This document shows, one piece after another, positions 44,397-53,706 of a DNA stretch of 64,000 nt. Both the position numbers and the translations under genes were made by a program. The stretch's first letter is position 1, and each line of letters opens with the position of its first letter. The DNA lies in the NCBI GenBank assembly GCA_965246755.1, contig OZ251979.1:385970-449969 (forward strand). The letters run 5' to 3'. Below the pieces are notes generated by a model, which saw only the letters and a program-made list of their open reading frames with translations, was not told where the DNA came from and did no database searches. This DNA comes from Alphaproteobacteria bacterium. GTDB taxonomy: Bacteria > Pseudomonadota > Alphaproteobacteria > UBA11073.

Positions 44397-45526
44397 CAGT
44401 TTCAGCAGCGGCGACAGACCTTACCTGGCCGGCGGAACCGCAGCGGCTGCATGAAGAGGATATCGATAGCCTGTTGTTGTGGTGTGTGGCTGAGCGTGCC
44501 TCTGACGTCTCAATTCAAACTGATCGTCCGGTGTTTATTGAAGTGGATGGCGAACTGCGGCCCGCGATGCGCCGCCACATTGATGCGGCGGATATGGCGG
44601 CGGTTTTAACCAAACTTTATGGGCCAGAGGCGTCGGCCCAGCTGGCGGCGGGGCACGATCTCGACCTGTCCTATGAGATTCGCCCTGACCGTTTCACGCG
44701 GCACCGTTTTCGGGTCAATATTACCGCGATTTTAAGCCGCGGCCGCGATGCCGCGCAAATTACCATGCGCGCTTTGCCCAATATCCCGCCGTCGATGACG
44801 GATTTGAATATTGAACCACAGATTATCGATAACTGGGCGCCGCGCCAGGGGATTATCCTGGTCACTGGCCCGACCGGCAGCGGGAAATCCACACTGCTGG
44901 CCGCTGGCAATCGCATGATGATTGAACGCCCGGAAGGTTGCGGCAAATTGCTAACCTATGAAGCGCCTATCGAATATGTTTATGACGCGATAACTTCCAA
45001 TCGCTCGCTCGTTGCGCAAACTGAAATTCCGCGGCATTTGCCGACTTTTGCGGCTGGGGTACGCAATGCCTTGCGCCGCAAACCCAATATCATCCTAGTG
45101 GGCGAGGTCAGGGACCGCGAAACGGTGTCAGCGGCAGTTGAAGCCGGGCAAACCGGCCATGCAGTTTATGCAACCGTGCATACCACGGGGGTCGCCGCGA
45201 CCGTACGCCGTGTGATGTCCATGTTTGATTCGTCGGAACGTACCGAGCGCGGTTACGCGCTAATGGAAACGCTGCGCATGATTGTGACCCAAGCCTTGGT
45301 GCCGCGGCCAGACGGTGGCCGAATCGGTATTCGTGAATGGATGGTATTCAGTGATGATGTGCGTGAACGCCTGCTCGACATGGATTCACAAAACTGGGCC
45401 TCTGAAATTCAGCGCCTTGTGCCGCAACATGGCCAGTCGATGACGACCAGCGCCCAGGCGGCGCTTGATGCAGGGCACATCGACAAGCGATGGTTTACGC
45501 TGCTATCAAAATCAGTGGGGCACTAA
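44393..45526 (+). CDS. dotB: DotB/TraJ-like PilT-family hexameric ATPase
   Basis: 377 aa, with ASDVSIQTDRPVFIEV, Walker A GPTGSGKSTLLA, EIPRHLPTFAAGVRNALRRKPNIILVGEVRD and TGHAVYATVHT. It has an ATGA overlap with the dotC-like gene. Confidence 0.85.
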   Translation: MTVSAAATDLTWPAEPQRLHEEDIDSLLLWCVAERASDVSIQTDRPVFIEVDGELRPAMRRHIDAADMAAVLTKLYGPEASAQLAAGHDLDLSYEIRPDRFTRHRFRVNITAILSRGRDAAQITMRALPNIPPSMTDLNIEPQIIDNWAPRQGIILVTGPTGSGKSTLLAAGNRMMIERPEGCGKLLTYEAPIEYVYDAITSNRSLVAQTEIPRHLPTFAAGVRNALRRKPNIILVGEVRDRETVSAAVEAGQTGHAVYATVHTTGVAATVRRVMSMFDSSERTERGYALMETLRMIVTQALVPRPDGGRIGIREWMVFSDDVRERLLDMDSQNWASEIQRLVPQHGQSMTTSAQAALDAGHIDKRWFTLLSKSVGH

Positions 45527-45528
45527 CG

Positions 45529-45879
45529 ATGGATTTACATTGGCGTAACACCATGAAACCAGCGCGTTTTTTCGCGGTTGATGCACGCTCGGCCATCGCT
45601 ATCCTGTTGGTCCTGGTGCATGCGCGTTACTATACTTTTGCCATTGCGATTATTGCGATGGTGGTTTTTTGGATTGTCGAACGGTTGGGCTACCGGTTTG
45701 AAGCGGCGTTGCGCGCGCTCCGCAACTGGTTTGTGGCGCCCGATCGGCCGGCCATTCCGCTTAATTTACGGCGGACCATGACTGATTTATCGCGCCGCCC
45801 ACCGGTTGAGCTAAGTGTCAGCGGCACAAAAGCACGCAAAGTCGACGGACAAGCGGCTGGACAAATGCATCGCAAATAA
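45529..45879 (+). CDS. icmT: IcmT/TraK-like small membrane protein
   Basis: MDLHWRNTMKPARFFAVDARSAIAILLVLVHARYYTF matches the IcmT/TraK signature (HWR..PRFF.vDa...). It follows the dotB-like gene, as traK follows traJ in IncI plasmids. Confidence 0.7.
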   Translation: MDLHWRNTMKPARFFAVDARSAIAILLVLVHARYYTFAIAIIAMVVFWIVERLGYRFEAALRALRNWFVAPDRPAIPLNLRRTMTDLSRRPPVELSVSGTKARKVDGQAAGQMHRK

Positions 45880-45944
45880 TTAGACATAACTATACCAGAA
45901 TTGCTTTTATGGTGTTCTGATTCTCTTTCATTCAGGTGTGCAGT

Positions 45945-47156
45945 ATGACGTTTCAAAAATTTTTGTTAACCACCGTGATGCTAACATCGTTTGGTGTCGC
46001 ACCGGCTTGGGCTGGCTTTACCTTAATCAATCCCGCTGCGCAAACGGGCACGGTGACGACAATCACCCCCGATCGGACGGTAACTGAAACAACCATTATT
46101 GATGGCGCGACCGCGCCGATCGAAACAATGCCGATTGTTTCGCAACCCTTGGCTACGCCGTCCGGTACAACCAAAACCACCGTGCAAACATTGGCGGCGC
46201 CACCTATGCCGATGCCGTCACGTGTATCATCACCTGTCTTCGCATCCGCCGCCCAGGCCGTGCGCGGCTTTGGCCGGGATATTCCTTTGATCATCGCGGC
46301 CAAGCAAATCGCACCTGAGGATGCGCAGATTGCGCTGGCCAATGGCGTTAATCCGCAGCAACCAATCTCGTGGCAAAGCGGCGCTGACTGGCATACTGTT
46401 TTAAACACTGCCTTGGCGGCCAAAAACCTGTCCGCAACCATTCAGGGTAATGTTGTGGTGATTGGCCCTAATGGCGGCGAACCTGTTATGCCCATGATTG
46501 CACAGCCTGTGTCAATGCCGGTGCCGGCGAGCGGCATGCTAAAAGATAACTTTAATTCGCCGCGTGATGCCGCCACACCGGTTGTGGAGCGCGTGGTGAA
46601 AACACCGGCATCACCAATGCCGGTCCCAGCCAGTATGAGTTTAGGACGCAAAACCGCTCCGCTGGTTGAAACAAAAACCGTGGTGACTATGGCACCTACG
46701 GTTATGGGGGATACATTGCCGCCCGCTGTTGATCAGCCGTTACCGCTGACCAGTGCCATGGATGCACCTGGCACCGTCACCACAGTTGCCGTGTCTCAAC
46801 CATCGGCAATGCCGCTGTCATCAACGGCCAATGTGACAATGCTGCCTGACACAGCTGGGGCCATGGGCGGTACCTTGGAAATTTGGAAGGCGAAAAGCGG
46901 CACTATGCTGCATGAAACTTTAACCGACTGGACTAAACGCGCTGGTGTTACGCTGCGGTGGGATACCGAATATGATTATCCGCTGCAAACGGCGGTCTCA
47001 ATTGATGGTGATTTTGAAGGCGCGGTGCGTACACTGTTGCGCGGCTTCGGCAGCGCCCAGCCACAGCCGGTGGCTAAACTTTATCGCGGTAAAGATGTGC
47101 CGTCGGTTTTATTGGTCACTCAGCGCGGCAATAATCTGGCAACAGTTAAAGAATAA
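45945..47156 (+). CDS. TcpQ / PilL-like periplasmic protein (putative secretin-associated factor)
   Basis: Signal peptide ...GVAPAWA. The mid domain is GFGRDIPLIIAAKQIAPE...ISWQSGADWHTVLNTAL. The C-terminal LEIWKAKSGTMLHETLTDWTKRAGVTLRWDTEYDYPLQTAVSIDGDFEGAVRTLL fits the TcpQ C-terminal domain pattern. Confidence 0.6.
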   Translation: MTFQKFLLTTVMLTSFGVAPAWAGFTLINPAAQTGTVTTITPDRTVTETTIIDGATAPIETMPIVSQPLATPSGTTKTTVQTLAAPPMPMPSRVSSPVFASAAQAVRGFGRDIPLIIAAKQIAPEDAQIALANGVNPQQPISWQSGADWHTVLNTALAAKNLSATIQGNVVVIGPNGGEPVMPMIAQPVSMPVPASGMLKDNFNSPRDAATPVVERVVKTPASPMPVPASMSLGRKTAPLVETKTVVTMAPTVMGDTLPPAVDQPLPLTSAMDAPGTVTTVAVSQPSAMPLSSTANVTMLPDTAGAMGGTLEIWKAKSGTMLHETLTDWTKRAGVTLRWDTEYDYPLQTAVSIDGDFEGAVRTLLRGFGSAQPQPVAKLYRGKDVPSVLLVTQRGNNLATVKE

Positions 47157-47486
47157 CTGTTTAGCAATTATAAACTGCAAACTGTTTGACAGAATGGTTG
47201 GGTTACTGTTATATCCTTAATATACTTTAAGGATTATTGTTGATGTCAATGATGCGTCGCATAGGTTTTATTTGTAATGCACAGGTTGGTGCTGTCAGTA
47301 TTGGCATGGCTGACTCAGCCGTAACATTGGCAGCTGTTTCTGATTACAGCAGTGCCAGCAATGAATTAGCTCACATCTATAGCTATCCCTTAAATGAAAA
47401 TGAAGCCCGCAAGGTCGGTCGGCGTTGGACGGGAGAACTTGGCTAGGCTTGCAGCGTTAAAACGTCAGGCGACCAATGCTGTGCTA

Positions 47487-48740
47487 TCAAATGCCAAGCT
47501 CCAGCCTTAGCTGTTCTTCCAACGTCCACGCACGGCGGATGAGTTTATGCGTATTGCCGTCAACCATAACTTCGGCAATCAGTGCGCGGCTGTTATAAGT
47601 ACCGGACATGACCGCGCCATAGGCACCCGCGCGGCCGATTGCCATTAAATCACCCGGCATCAAATGCGGCGGCAACAACCGTTGCAATGCAAAGGTATCG
47701 CTGGTCTCGCAAATCGGCCCCACAATGTCATAAGGATAGGCGGTATCATCAATCGTATTTTGCAACACCGGCACAATCGGGTGGTAGGCGTCATACAGTG
47801 CGGGACGCATCAGGTCGTTCATGCCGGCATCCAACACGACAAAGCGGCGGTGACTGCCATGCTTGATTTGAATAATGCGTGATAGCAATACGCCCGCATC
47901 ACCAACCAGATAACGGCCCGGTGCGATGATGATATCGGCGCCCAAATCATGAAAATAAAAGCGAATCAGCTGCGCGAATTCTGTCAGCGATAGTGGCCTT
48001 TCGTCATGATAGGGAATACCTAACCCGCCGCCGATATCGATGCGCGAAATGGCGTAACCGGCGGCGTGGCATTCCAGCACAAAATCGTGCATGACGCTAA
48101 AAGCCTCTTTATAAGGTGCCAAATTCATGATTTGCGAACCGATATGCATGGCAACGCCACACAAATTGATGTGCGGGTATTGCGCAGCCTGCGCAAAAAT
48201 CTGCCGCGCCAGCGCCAGGTCAACACCAAATTTATTTTCGGCAGTGCCGGTGGTAATCTTAGCATGCGTTTCGGCATTAACATCCGGATTGATGCGCAGC
48301 GCGCAATTGACCGGCGCCGCGCGCCCGGCAGCCAGGCGCGCCAATTGTTCCAGTTCTTCCAGGGATTCCAGATTGATCTGATAAATATCGTTCTGCAGCG
48401 CCGCTGCCAGTTCCCCATCCGTTTTGCCGACCCCGGAAAAAACAAGGCGCTGCGCGTCAATACCGGCGGTCAGCGCACGGACCAGCTCACCCCCCGATAC
48501 GATGTCCGCGCCCGCACCCAATTCGCCCAGCAGATTTAATATTGACAAATTGCTGTTGGCCTTAACCGCATAACAGATACCGATAGGCAGGCCGGTTTCA
48601 TCCAAGGCCGCGCGCAGTGCCTGGTATTGCGCACGGATGCGCGCTGCCGAATACACATACAGCGGCGTGCCATAAATTTCCGCGAGATCGCGCAGTTTGA
48701 TATTTTCGGCGCAATAGTCGCCGCCTTGATAATGAAACAT
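47487..48740 (-). CDS. lysA: Diaminopimelate decarboxylase
   Basis: AVKANSN (PLP lysine), GGGLGIPY, and 417 aa. Confidence 0.95.
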   Translation of the reverse strand: MFHYQGGDYCAENIKLRDLAEIYGTPLYVYSAARIRAQYQALRAALDETGLPIGICYAVKANSNLSILNLLGELGAGADIVSGGELVRALTAGIDAQRLVFSGVGKTDGELAAALQNDIYQINLESLEELEQLARLAAGRAAPVNCALRINPDVNAETHAKITTGTAENKFGVDLALARQIFAQAAQYPHINLCGVAMHIGSQIMNLAPYKEAFSVMHDFVLECHAAGYAISRIDIGGGLGIPYHDERPLSLTEFAQLIRFYFHDLGADIIIAPGRYLVGDAGVLLSRIIQIKHGSHRRFVVLDAGMNDLMRPALYDAYHPIVPVLQNTIDDTAYPYDIVGPICETSDTFALQRLLPPHLMPGDLMAIGRAGAYGAVMSGTYNSRALIAEVMVDGNTHKLIRRAWTLEEQLRLELGI

Positions 48741-48868
48741 TATTTATTGATCTCTGCAGGGTCAGGATAGGGATGCGGAAATTGATAGGTGCTACCTTCC
48801 GGCGCGCTGACATGGCCGGGTTTGATGCCGCAGGCGGTGAGCAAAAAAACTGAATTAATTAAAACCAT
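48740..48868 (-). CDS. Small lipoprotein (LptM-like) between argH and lysA
   Basis: MVLINSVFLLTACG lipobox. The start is set at the internal ATG because the upstream part of the ORF is encoded by a palindromic repeat. Confidence 0.5.
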   Translation of the reverse strand: MVLINSVFLLTACGIKPGHVSAPEGSTYQFPHPYPDPAEINK

Positions 48869-48948
48869 AAAAGTTATAACTGAGTGTCCGCCTCTCCCCT
48901 TTAGGAAGAGGATAACCCGAGAATAAATTGGTTGGATTAAAAGCGTAA

Positions 48949-50379
48949 TCATAAATAATGTTTCCGTGCCTCTTTAATTGCGGCCATCACGGTTTTCGGC
49001 GCCGTGCCGCCGAAACTGGTACGGCTGTTCAGCGCCGCATCAATATCCAGGATTTTATAAACATCATCAGTAATATCACGGCAGATAGCTTGCAAAGCCG
49101 CCAACGGCAACTGGTGCAGCTGGCAGTGCGCGGCTTCGGCGGCAGCGACGATTTGCCCCGTCACATGGTGCGCCTGGCGGAATGGCAGGTTTAATTTTTG
49201 TACCAGCCAGTCGGCAAGATCGGTCGCAGTTAAAAACCCGGCGTCGCAAGCGGCGCGCATCGCCGCGCTATTGACCTGCAGTTGTGCGATCATGGCTCGC
49301 ATCGCTTCTACCATCAACAGAAAGCTCTCAAAGGCGTGAAACACGCAGGCCTTATCCTCCTGCATGTCTTTGTTGTAGGCCAGCGGCAGGCCTTTCATGA
49401 CCGTTAGCATCTGCACCAACGCGCCGTTCAACCGCCCGACCATGCCGCGCACCAGTTCTGCGGCATCAGGGTTGCGTTTTTGCGGCATGATGGATGATCC
49501 GGTCGTCAATTGATCCGGCAGTTTGACAAATTGAAAGGCGGGCGCGGTCCAGACAATCAGCTCTTCCGCCAGGCGCGACAAATGCGTGCCGCTGATCGAC
49601 AGCGCACTTAGAAACTCAATAACAAAATCCCGTGCGCTGACAGCATCCAGCGCATTGGTCGCCGGGGCCGCAAAGCCCAGTGCCTTGGCCGTTTTGTAGC
49701 GGTCAATTGGGAATGATGTGCCGGCCAGCGCCGCGGCACCCAACGGCGATTGATTAAGCCGGGTCTGGCACGCCAACAAGCGTCCCACATCACGCCCCAA
49801 CATTTCGACATAGGCCAACAGATGAAAGGCAAAACTGATCGGTTGCGCCGGTTGAAAATGGGTCAGGCCTGGCAGCACGGTCTCACTATGCTCTTCGGCC
49901 TGATCCAGCAATACAGTTTGCAGCGTTTGCAGCTGTGCAACACAAGTGTCCACCGCATCGCGCAGCCACAAACGAAACGCGGTTGCCACCTGGTCATTGC
50001 GCGACCGCGCGGTATGCAAGCGACCGGCCGGTGTGCCGATCAGCTCTGACAGCCGCGCTTCGATATTCATGTGAATGTCTTCAAATTCATTGCGGTAAGG
50101 AAAACTGCCTTTGATAATTTCCTGTTCGATCTGCGCTAAACCATCCAGGATTAATTCAGCATCATCACGGCTAATGATATGACAGGCGCCCAGCATCTGC
50201 GCATGCGCGCGCGAACCAGTAAGGTCATGCAGCGCCAAACGTTTGTCGATCTGCAGCGAATTGTTAATGGCTTGCATAACGGCGGCGGGGCCGCCCTGGA
50301 AACGGCCGCCCCACATGGCGTTAGTTTGGGCATTGGCCGGGGCATTTGCGCCGCCGGTATGGTTTATGCTATCCGTCAT
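48949..50379 (-). CDS. argH: Argininosuccinate lyase
   Basis: WGGRF N-terminus, the GSSIMPQKRNPD signature, and 476 aa. Confidence 0.95.
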   Translation of the reverse strand: MTDSINHTGGANAPANAQTNAMWGGRFQGGPAAVMQAINNSLQIDKRLALHDLTGSRAHAQMLGACHIISRDDAELILDGLAQIEQEIIKGSFPYRNEFEDIHMNIEARLSELIGTPAGRLHTARSRNDQVATAFRLWLRDAVDTCVAQLQTLQTVLLDQAEEHSETVLPGLTHFQPAQPISFAFHLLAYVEMLGRDVGRLLACQTRLNQSPLGAAALAGTSFPIDRYKTAKALGFAAPATNALDAVSARDFVIEFLSALSISGTHLSRLAEELIVWTAPAFQFVKLPDQLTTGSSIMPQKRNPDAAELVRGMVGRLNGALVQMLTVMKGLPLAYNKDMQEDKACVFHAFESFLLMVEAMRAMIAQLQVNSAAMRAACDAGFLTATDLADWLVQKLNLPFRQAHHVTGQIVAAAEAAHCQLHQLPLAALQAICRDITDDVYKILDIDAALNSRTSFGGTAPKTVMAAIKEARKHYL

Positions 50380-50383
50380 CTCA

Positions 50384-50917
50384 ATGCGACCTTACAAAAA
50401 AATCCTCATCGCGCTAAGCGTTATTTTGCTGCTTGGCTTTGCCGATCCGGTTTTGGCCCAGGAAAAATTGGGCTTCACGCCTGATGCCGCCGCGCTTAAA
50501 ATTGCCGACCTGCAATTCACCGGGGAAAACGGCCAGTTACACAATATCCGTGAATGGCGCGGCAAGCTGGTGCTGCTAAATATCTGGGCGACCTGGTGCC
50601 CGCCATGCCGCGATGAAATGCCAGGACTAGCGAAACTGCAAAAACAGTTTTCAACGAATAGATTTCAAGTCTTGCCGGTTTCGGTTGACAGCAATCATGC
50701 CAAAGCCGCCGCGCGCAAATTTTATGATGCCAGTAATGTTAAAAACTTGCCGGTGCTGTATGACGCGGACGGCAGTCTCCAACAGCAGTTGGCCTTGCGC
50801 AGCATCCCGGTCTCTATTCTGATTGCGCCGGATGGCACAATTTTGGGCCGCGCGGTCGGCGATGCGCCGTGGGGTGATACGGCAGCAACCAATATGATTG
50901 CCTCGTATCTTAAATAG
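50384..50917 (+). CDS. TlpA-like periplasmic thiol:disulfide oxidoreductase
   Basis: Signal peptide and WATWCPPCRDEMP. It is divergent from argH, as in rhizobial tlpA. The start is set at the ATG at 50384. Confidence 0.8.
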   Translation: MRPYKKILIALSVILLLGFADPVLAQEKLGFTPDAAALKIADLQFTGENGQLHNIREWRGKLVLLNIWATWCPPCRDEMPGLAKLQKQFSTNRFQVLPVSVDSNHAKAAARKFYDASNVKNLPVLYDADGSLQQQLALRSIPVSILIAPDGTILGRAVGDAPWGDTAATNMIASYLK

Positions 50918-52390
50918 TCAGGGGGTTTTTTTAATCATGAGTTGTGCGGCAAACGGTGCAGTACTCTTTAAAAACGCGGCGATGGATGGCCAACAAGCAG
51001 CATCATGCGCTGATAAATCCAGATTTAAAAAACCGCCGCGGCGGATGACACGCAATGCTTCCTTGACTGCATATTGCAACAATGGCGGCGGGCAGCGTGC
51101 AGCATCGTACCAAACTTGATCAAACTGCGCGTCTTCGGACGGTATGTTAAAAATATTACCAGCGTGTTGCCGGTAAGGCAGCGCGGTCGGATTATGTATA
51201 TTTTCCAATCGGTCGGCAAAATGAATGACTGTGGTGCCTGCGGCCAGCCGAGCTGCCAAAATCAGGTTGTTAAAAACTGCCACCACCTGTTCCGGTGGCA
51301 CGATTATTTTTACATCAGATATTAGCGGGCTTACCTGATAGGTTTCTAAATTGGGAGTTTGCAATGCATCGCGCAAGCTGTTGCAGACCAGACGCGGTGA
51401 CAGACTGGCCATACATTCTGGCGGCGTAAGGCCGCGTAGGCAATTTTCCATCCAGTCATTTTTTATCCACCAGCAATTCGCACAAAGGTCGCTAATCAGA
51501 TTTTTATGGCGCGCATAGCCAAAAAATTTGGCATTGGTGGGACCGATTAAACAAATCGTCGGCGTATGCAAAGCACGTGTGAAATGCACAAGGCCGGATT
51601 CCGTGTCAATGTGGTGCGCGCTGTGTTTCAATACTACCAACGCTTCGGCAATCGAAATTTTACCACGTAAATCCAGATCAACGCCATCGACAGTCTGGCC
51701 ATTTTTTAACGAGCCTAATTGCACAATGCGCAAATGGGGATAATCCGTTTTAACTAGCCGCACGAATTCCTGCCAATAGGGCAATAGCCATACTTTGGTC
51801 GGACGCGTTGCGGCAGGCAGCGGCACGCTGGCATCCCAGCCGTCATGAATGGTAATATAATCTGCTGCCGCCAGCTCATATTTATCCAGCACATCAAAAC
51901 TGTCCGGTCGCAAATGCAGAATTGGCGTAGTGTCCCGGTGTTCTAATCCCGCGCTGTACAGCGGCAAGCTGCGCCGATCGAGCCCCCAAAAAACCGCATG
52001 ATTGGCCAATTGATTGTTCAGATGCGGTTGCGCCTGGCCGGGAAGGCCAAATTCTTCAAGGCGGGTCTGGCCGCGCGCCGCCAGTCTTATGAGTTGCGGC
52101 GCCAATTCCGCCAGCTCCGGTTTTAAATCATACAACACCAATTCATCGATACGGATGAGGCCTTGATAGGTTTCCGCAAAGGCCGTCCAAGCGTCTGGCG
52201 GCATGATGGCATTAATAAATGGCGCCTGATAATACAAATCACGCAGCAGTTCTGCTGGCTGCGCTGCAAACAAATCAAACTTTTGTCCGGTGATTTCATG
52301 TAAGGCGTAAAGATAAGGGGTGGCGACCAGCATGTCTCCCAAGCCGCCGCTGAAATAAAGGGCCAAATTATAGTGCGCGGGCGCAGCCAT
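50918..52390 (-). CDS. Glycosyltransferase family 9 (heptosyltransferase-like) protein with C-terminal extension
   Basis: GGLGDMLVATPYLYAL N-terminal motif, GPTNAKFFGY, and an extra C-terminal ~130 aa. Confidence 0.5.
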   Translation of the reverse strand: MAAPAHYNLALYFSGGLGDMLVATPYLYALHEITGQKFDLFAAQPAELLRDLYYQAPFINAIMPPDAWTAFAETYQGLIRIDELVLYDLKPELAELAPQLIRLAARGQTRLEEFGLPGQAQPHLNNQLANHAVFWGLDRRSLPLYSAGLEHRDTTPILHLRPDSFDVLDKYELAAADYITIHDGWDASVPLPAATRPTKVWLLPYWQEFVRLVKTDYPHLRIVQLGSLKNGQTVDGVDLDLRGKISIAEALVVLKHSAHHIDTESGLVHFTRALHTPTICLIGPTNAKFFGYARHKNLISDLCANCWWIKNDWMENCLRGLTPPECMASLSPRLVCNSLRDALQTPNLETYQVSPLISDVKIIVPPEQVVAVFNNLILAARLAAGTTVIHFADRLENIHNPTALPYRQHAGNIFNIPSEDAQFDQVWYDAARCPPPLLQYAVKEALRVIRRGGFLNLDLSAHDAACWPSIAAFLKSTAPFAAQLMIKKTP

Positions 52391-52392
52391 GT

Positions 52393-53706
52393 TTAATCAA
52401 ACCAGGCCTGAATGGTGTTGAAATCAAACGGCAGCTTTCGCATCATCCAGGGTTGCGGGGACAGGCAAATCAACCCTGTAAAAACCGCACCGGGCGGCGG
52501 TTGTATAACCAAAGGTGACGGGCCATCCCAGCTGCCGGTTACCATAATTGGTATCATGTGCGCGTTGGGATTTACCAGCGCGATTTGCTGAACTGTGTCA
52601 CCCAAGGTGACGGTTAACAAATTATTGGCATCATCTTGCGTCAAAAATAATGCGATCAGTGGTGCGCCGTTAACCGGCACCACCAGCCGTGCCTCATCAC
52701 CCGCCACCGCGCTGAACGGGCCGTAGTGCTGTTGCCATTTCGACCGCCAGATGCCTTGGAATGCGTCAGTTACTGCCGCCGCTAGCTGATGCGGAAAAAT
52801 CAGCCAGCCGTTTTCGGACGGATGAAAATGAAATTGGTTTAAATAATTAATCGGCGATGGCGTACTGTCAAACGCCTCACGCAATCGGGCTTGCAGTGTT
52901 GCGAAATTTAATGGCGCAATTTTAATTTTATTAGCGGGTGTCAAATCATTAAAGGTCATGCCCAACACGGCAGGGTCGATCACTGTCGCTTTGGGCGTGA
53001 CCAATCCTAACGATGCAAAGCCATGCCGCATCAAGGCGATATCATACCACCAGTCTGCAGATTGCCAGCTGGCCTGCGCCAGGTCAGGCTGGACGGATGC
53101 ATGTTCCCAATGGCCGCTGACATCGGTGTCCGACATATCATGGGCGGTTTGCCAGATATCCTGCAACGTACCCGTCATATAATTTTGTAAAACCACTTGC
53201 GCCGCAGTGCGTGATAACAACAACATACCGGCGCCAATATTGAACATGATAGCATAATCATTGTGTAATCCTAACACACGCTCAGTGTAGGTACGCGCAG
53301 AGACGCTGCCGACCGTAAGACCATCAGCGGCGCCTTTGGCAAACAGCGCGAACATCGCGTCAAACCAGCCCGGCGCCAGCAGCACGTCATTTTCAATTAA
53401 GCCAACATAATCGTAACCCTGGGCCAGCGCATAGGTTAGGCCATATGTAATTGCGGCATCCGGGCCGCCCACGACGCCGCTATGAATTTCTTTTAATTGT
53501 GGTGTCGTGGCCAGATAGTTAAAGGGCAGCTGTTGTCCCGCCGCAGTTTTACTGCCGTCGCACCAAATAATATCAAACCCGGATGCTGCTGTGACTGCGG
53601 GAAAGGTTTGCTGGGTAAATTCTATACGGTCCTTAGTGCTATAGACAAACGCCACGTTGTTGCGCGGCGTGTCATAGGCCCTATGGATCGCGGCAGGATA
53701 GGGCAT
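52393..53706 (-). CDS. Putative GT-A fold glycosyltransferase
   Basis: VAFVYSTKDRIEF...IIWCDGS...GLIENDVLLAPGWFD (DxD-like). Confidence 0.4.
   Translation of the reverse strand: MPYPAAIHRAYDTPRNNVAFVYSTKDRIEFTQQTFPAVTAASGFDIIWCDGSKTAAGQQLPFNYLATTPQLKEIHSGVVGGPDAAITYGLTYALAQGYDYVGLIENDVLLAPGWFDAMFALFAKGAADGLTVGSVSARTYTERVLGLHNDYAIMFNIGAGMLLLSRTAAQVVLQNYMTGTLQDIWQTAHDMSDTDVSGHWEHASVQPDLAQASWQSADWWYDIALMRHGFASLGLVTPKATVIDPAVLGMTFNDLTPANKIKIAPLNFATLQARLREAFDSTPSPINYLNQFHFHPSENGWLIFPHQLAAAVTDAFQGIWRSKWQQHYGPFSAVAGDEARLVVPVNGAPLIALFLTQDDANNLLTVTLGDTVQQIALVNPNAHMIPIMVTGSWDGPSPLVIQPPPGAVFTGLICLSPQPWMMRKLPFDFNTIQAWFD

Noticed and set aside
46008-46025. GFTLI immediately after the predicted signal peptide of the TcpQ-like protein, resembling the prepilin G|FTLIE motif
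   Set aside because: It is followed by polar sequence (NPAAQTGTVTT) rather than a hydrophobic helix, and preceded by a normal Sec-type signal (AWA|G). It is most likely coincidental.
26394-47156. Calling the cluster a complete conjugative IncI-type T4BSS, an ICE, or a T2SS
   Set aside because: No relaxase, coupling protein, DotA/G/H/L/O homologs, integrase or tRNA boundary is visible around it. The lipoprotein PilN-type secretin and the TcpQ-like protein argue against a classical T2SS. Only a partial, chimeric set can be supported from this window.
47237-47446. 69-aa ORF in the AT-rich spacer between the TcpQ-like gene and lysA
   Set aside because: It has no recognisable features, a non-ATG start (TTG) in the track, and no coupling to neighbours. 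It cannot be supported as a gene, though a small protein or regulatory RNA is not excluded.
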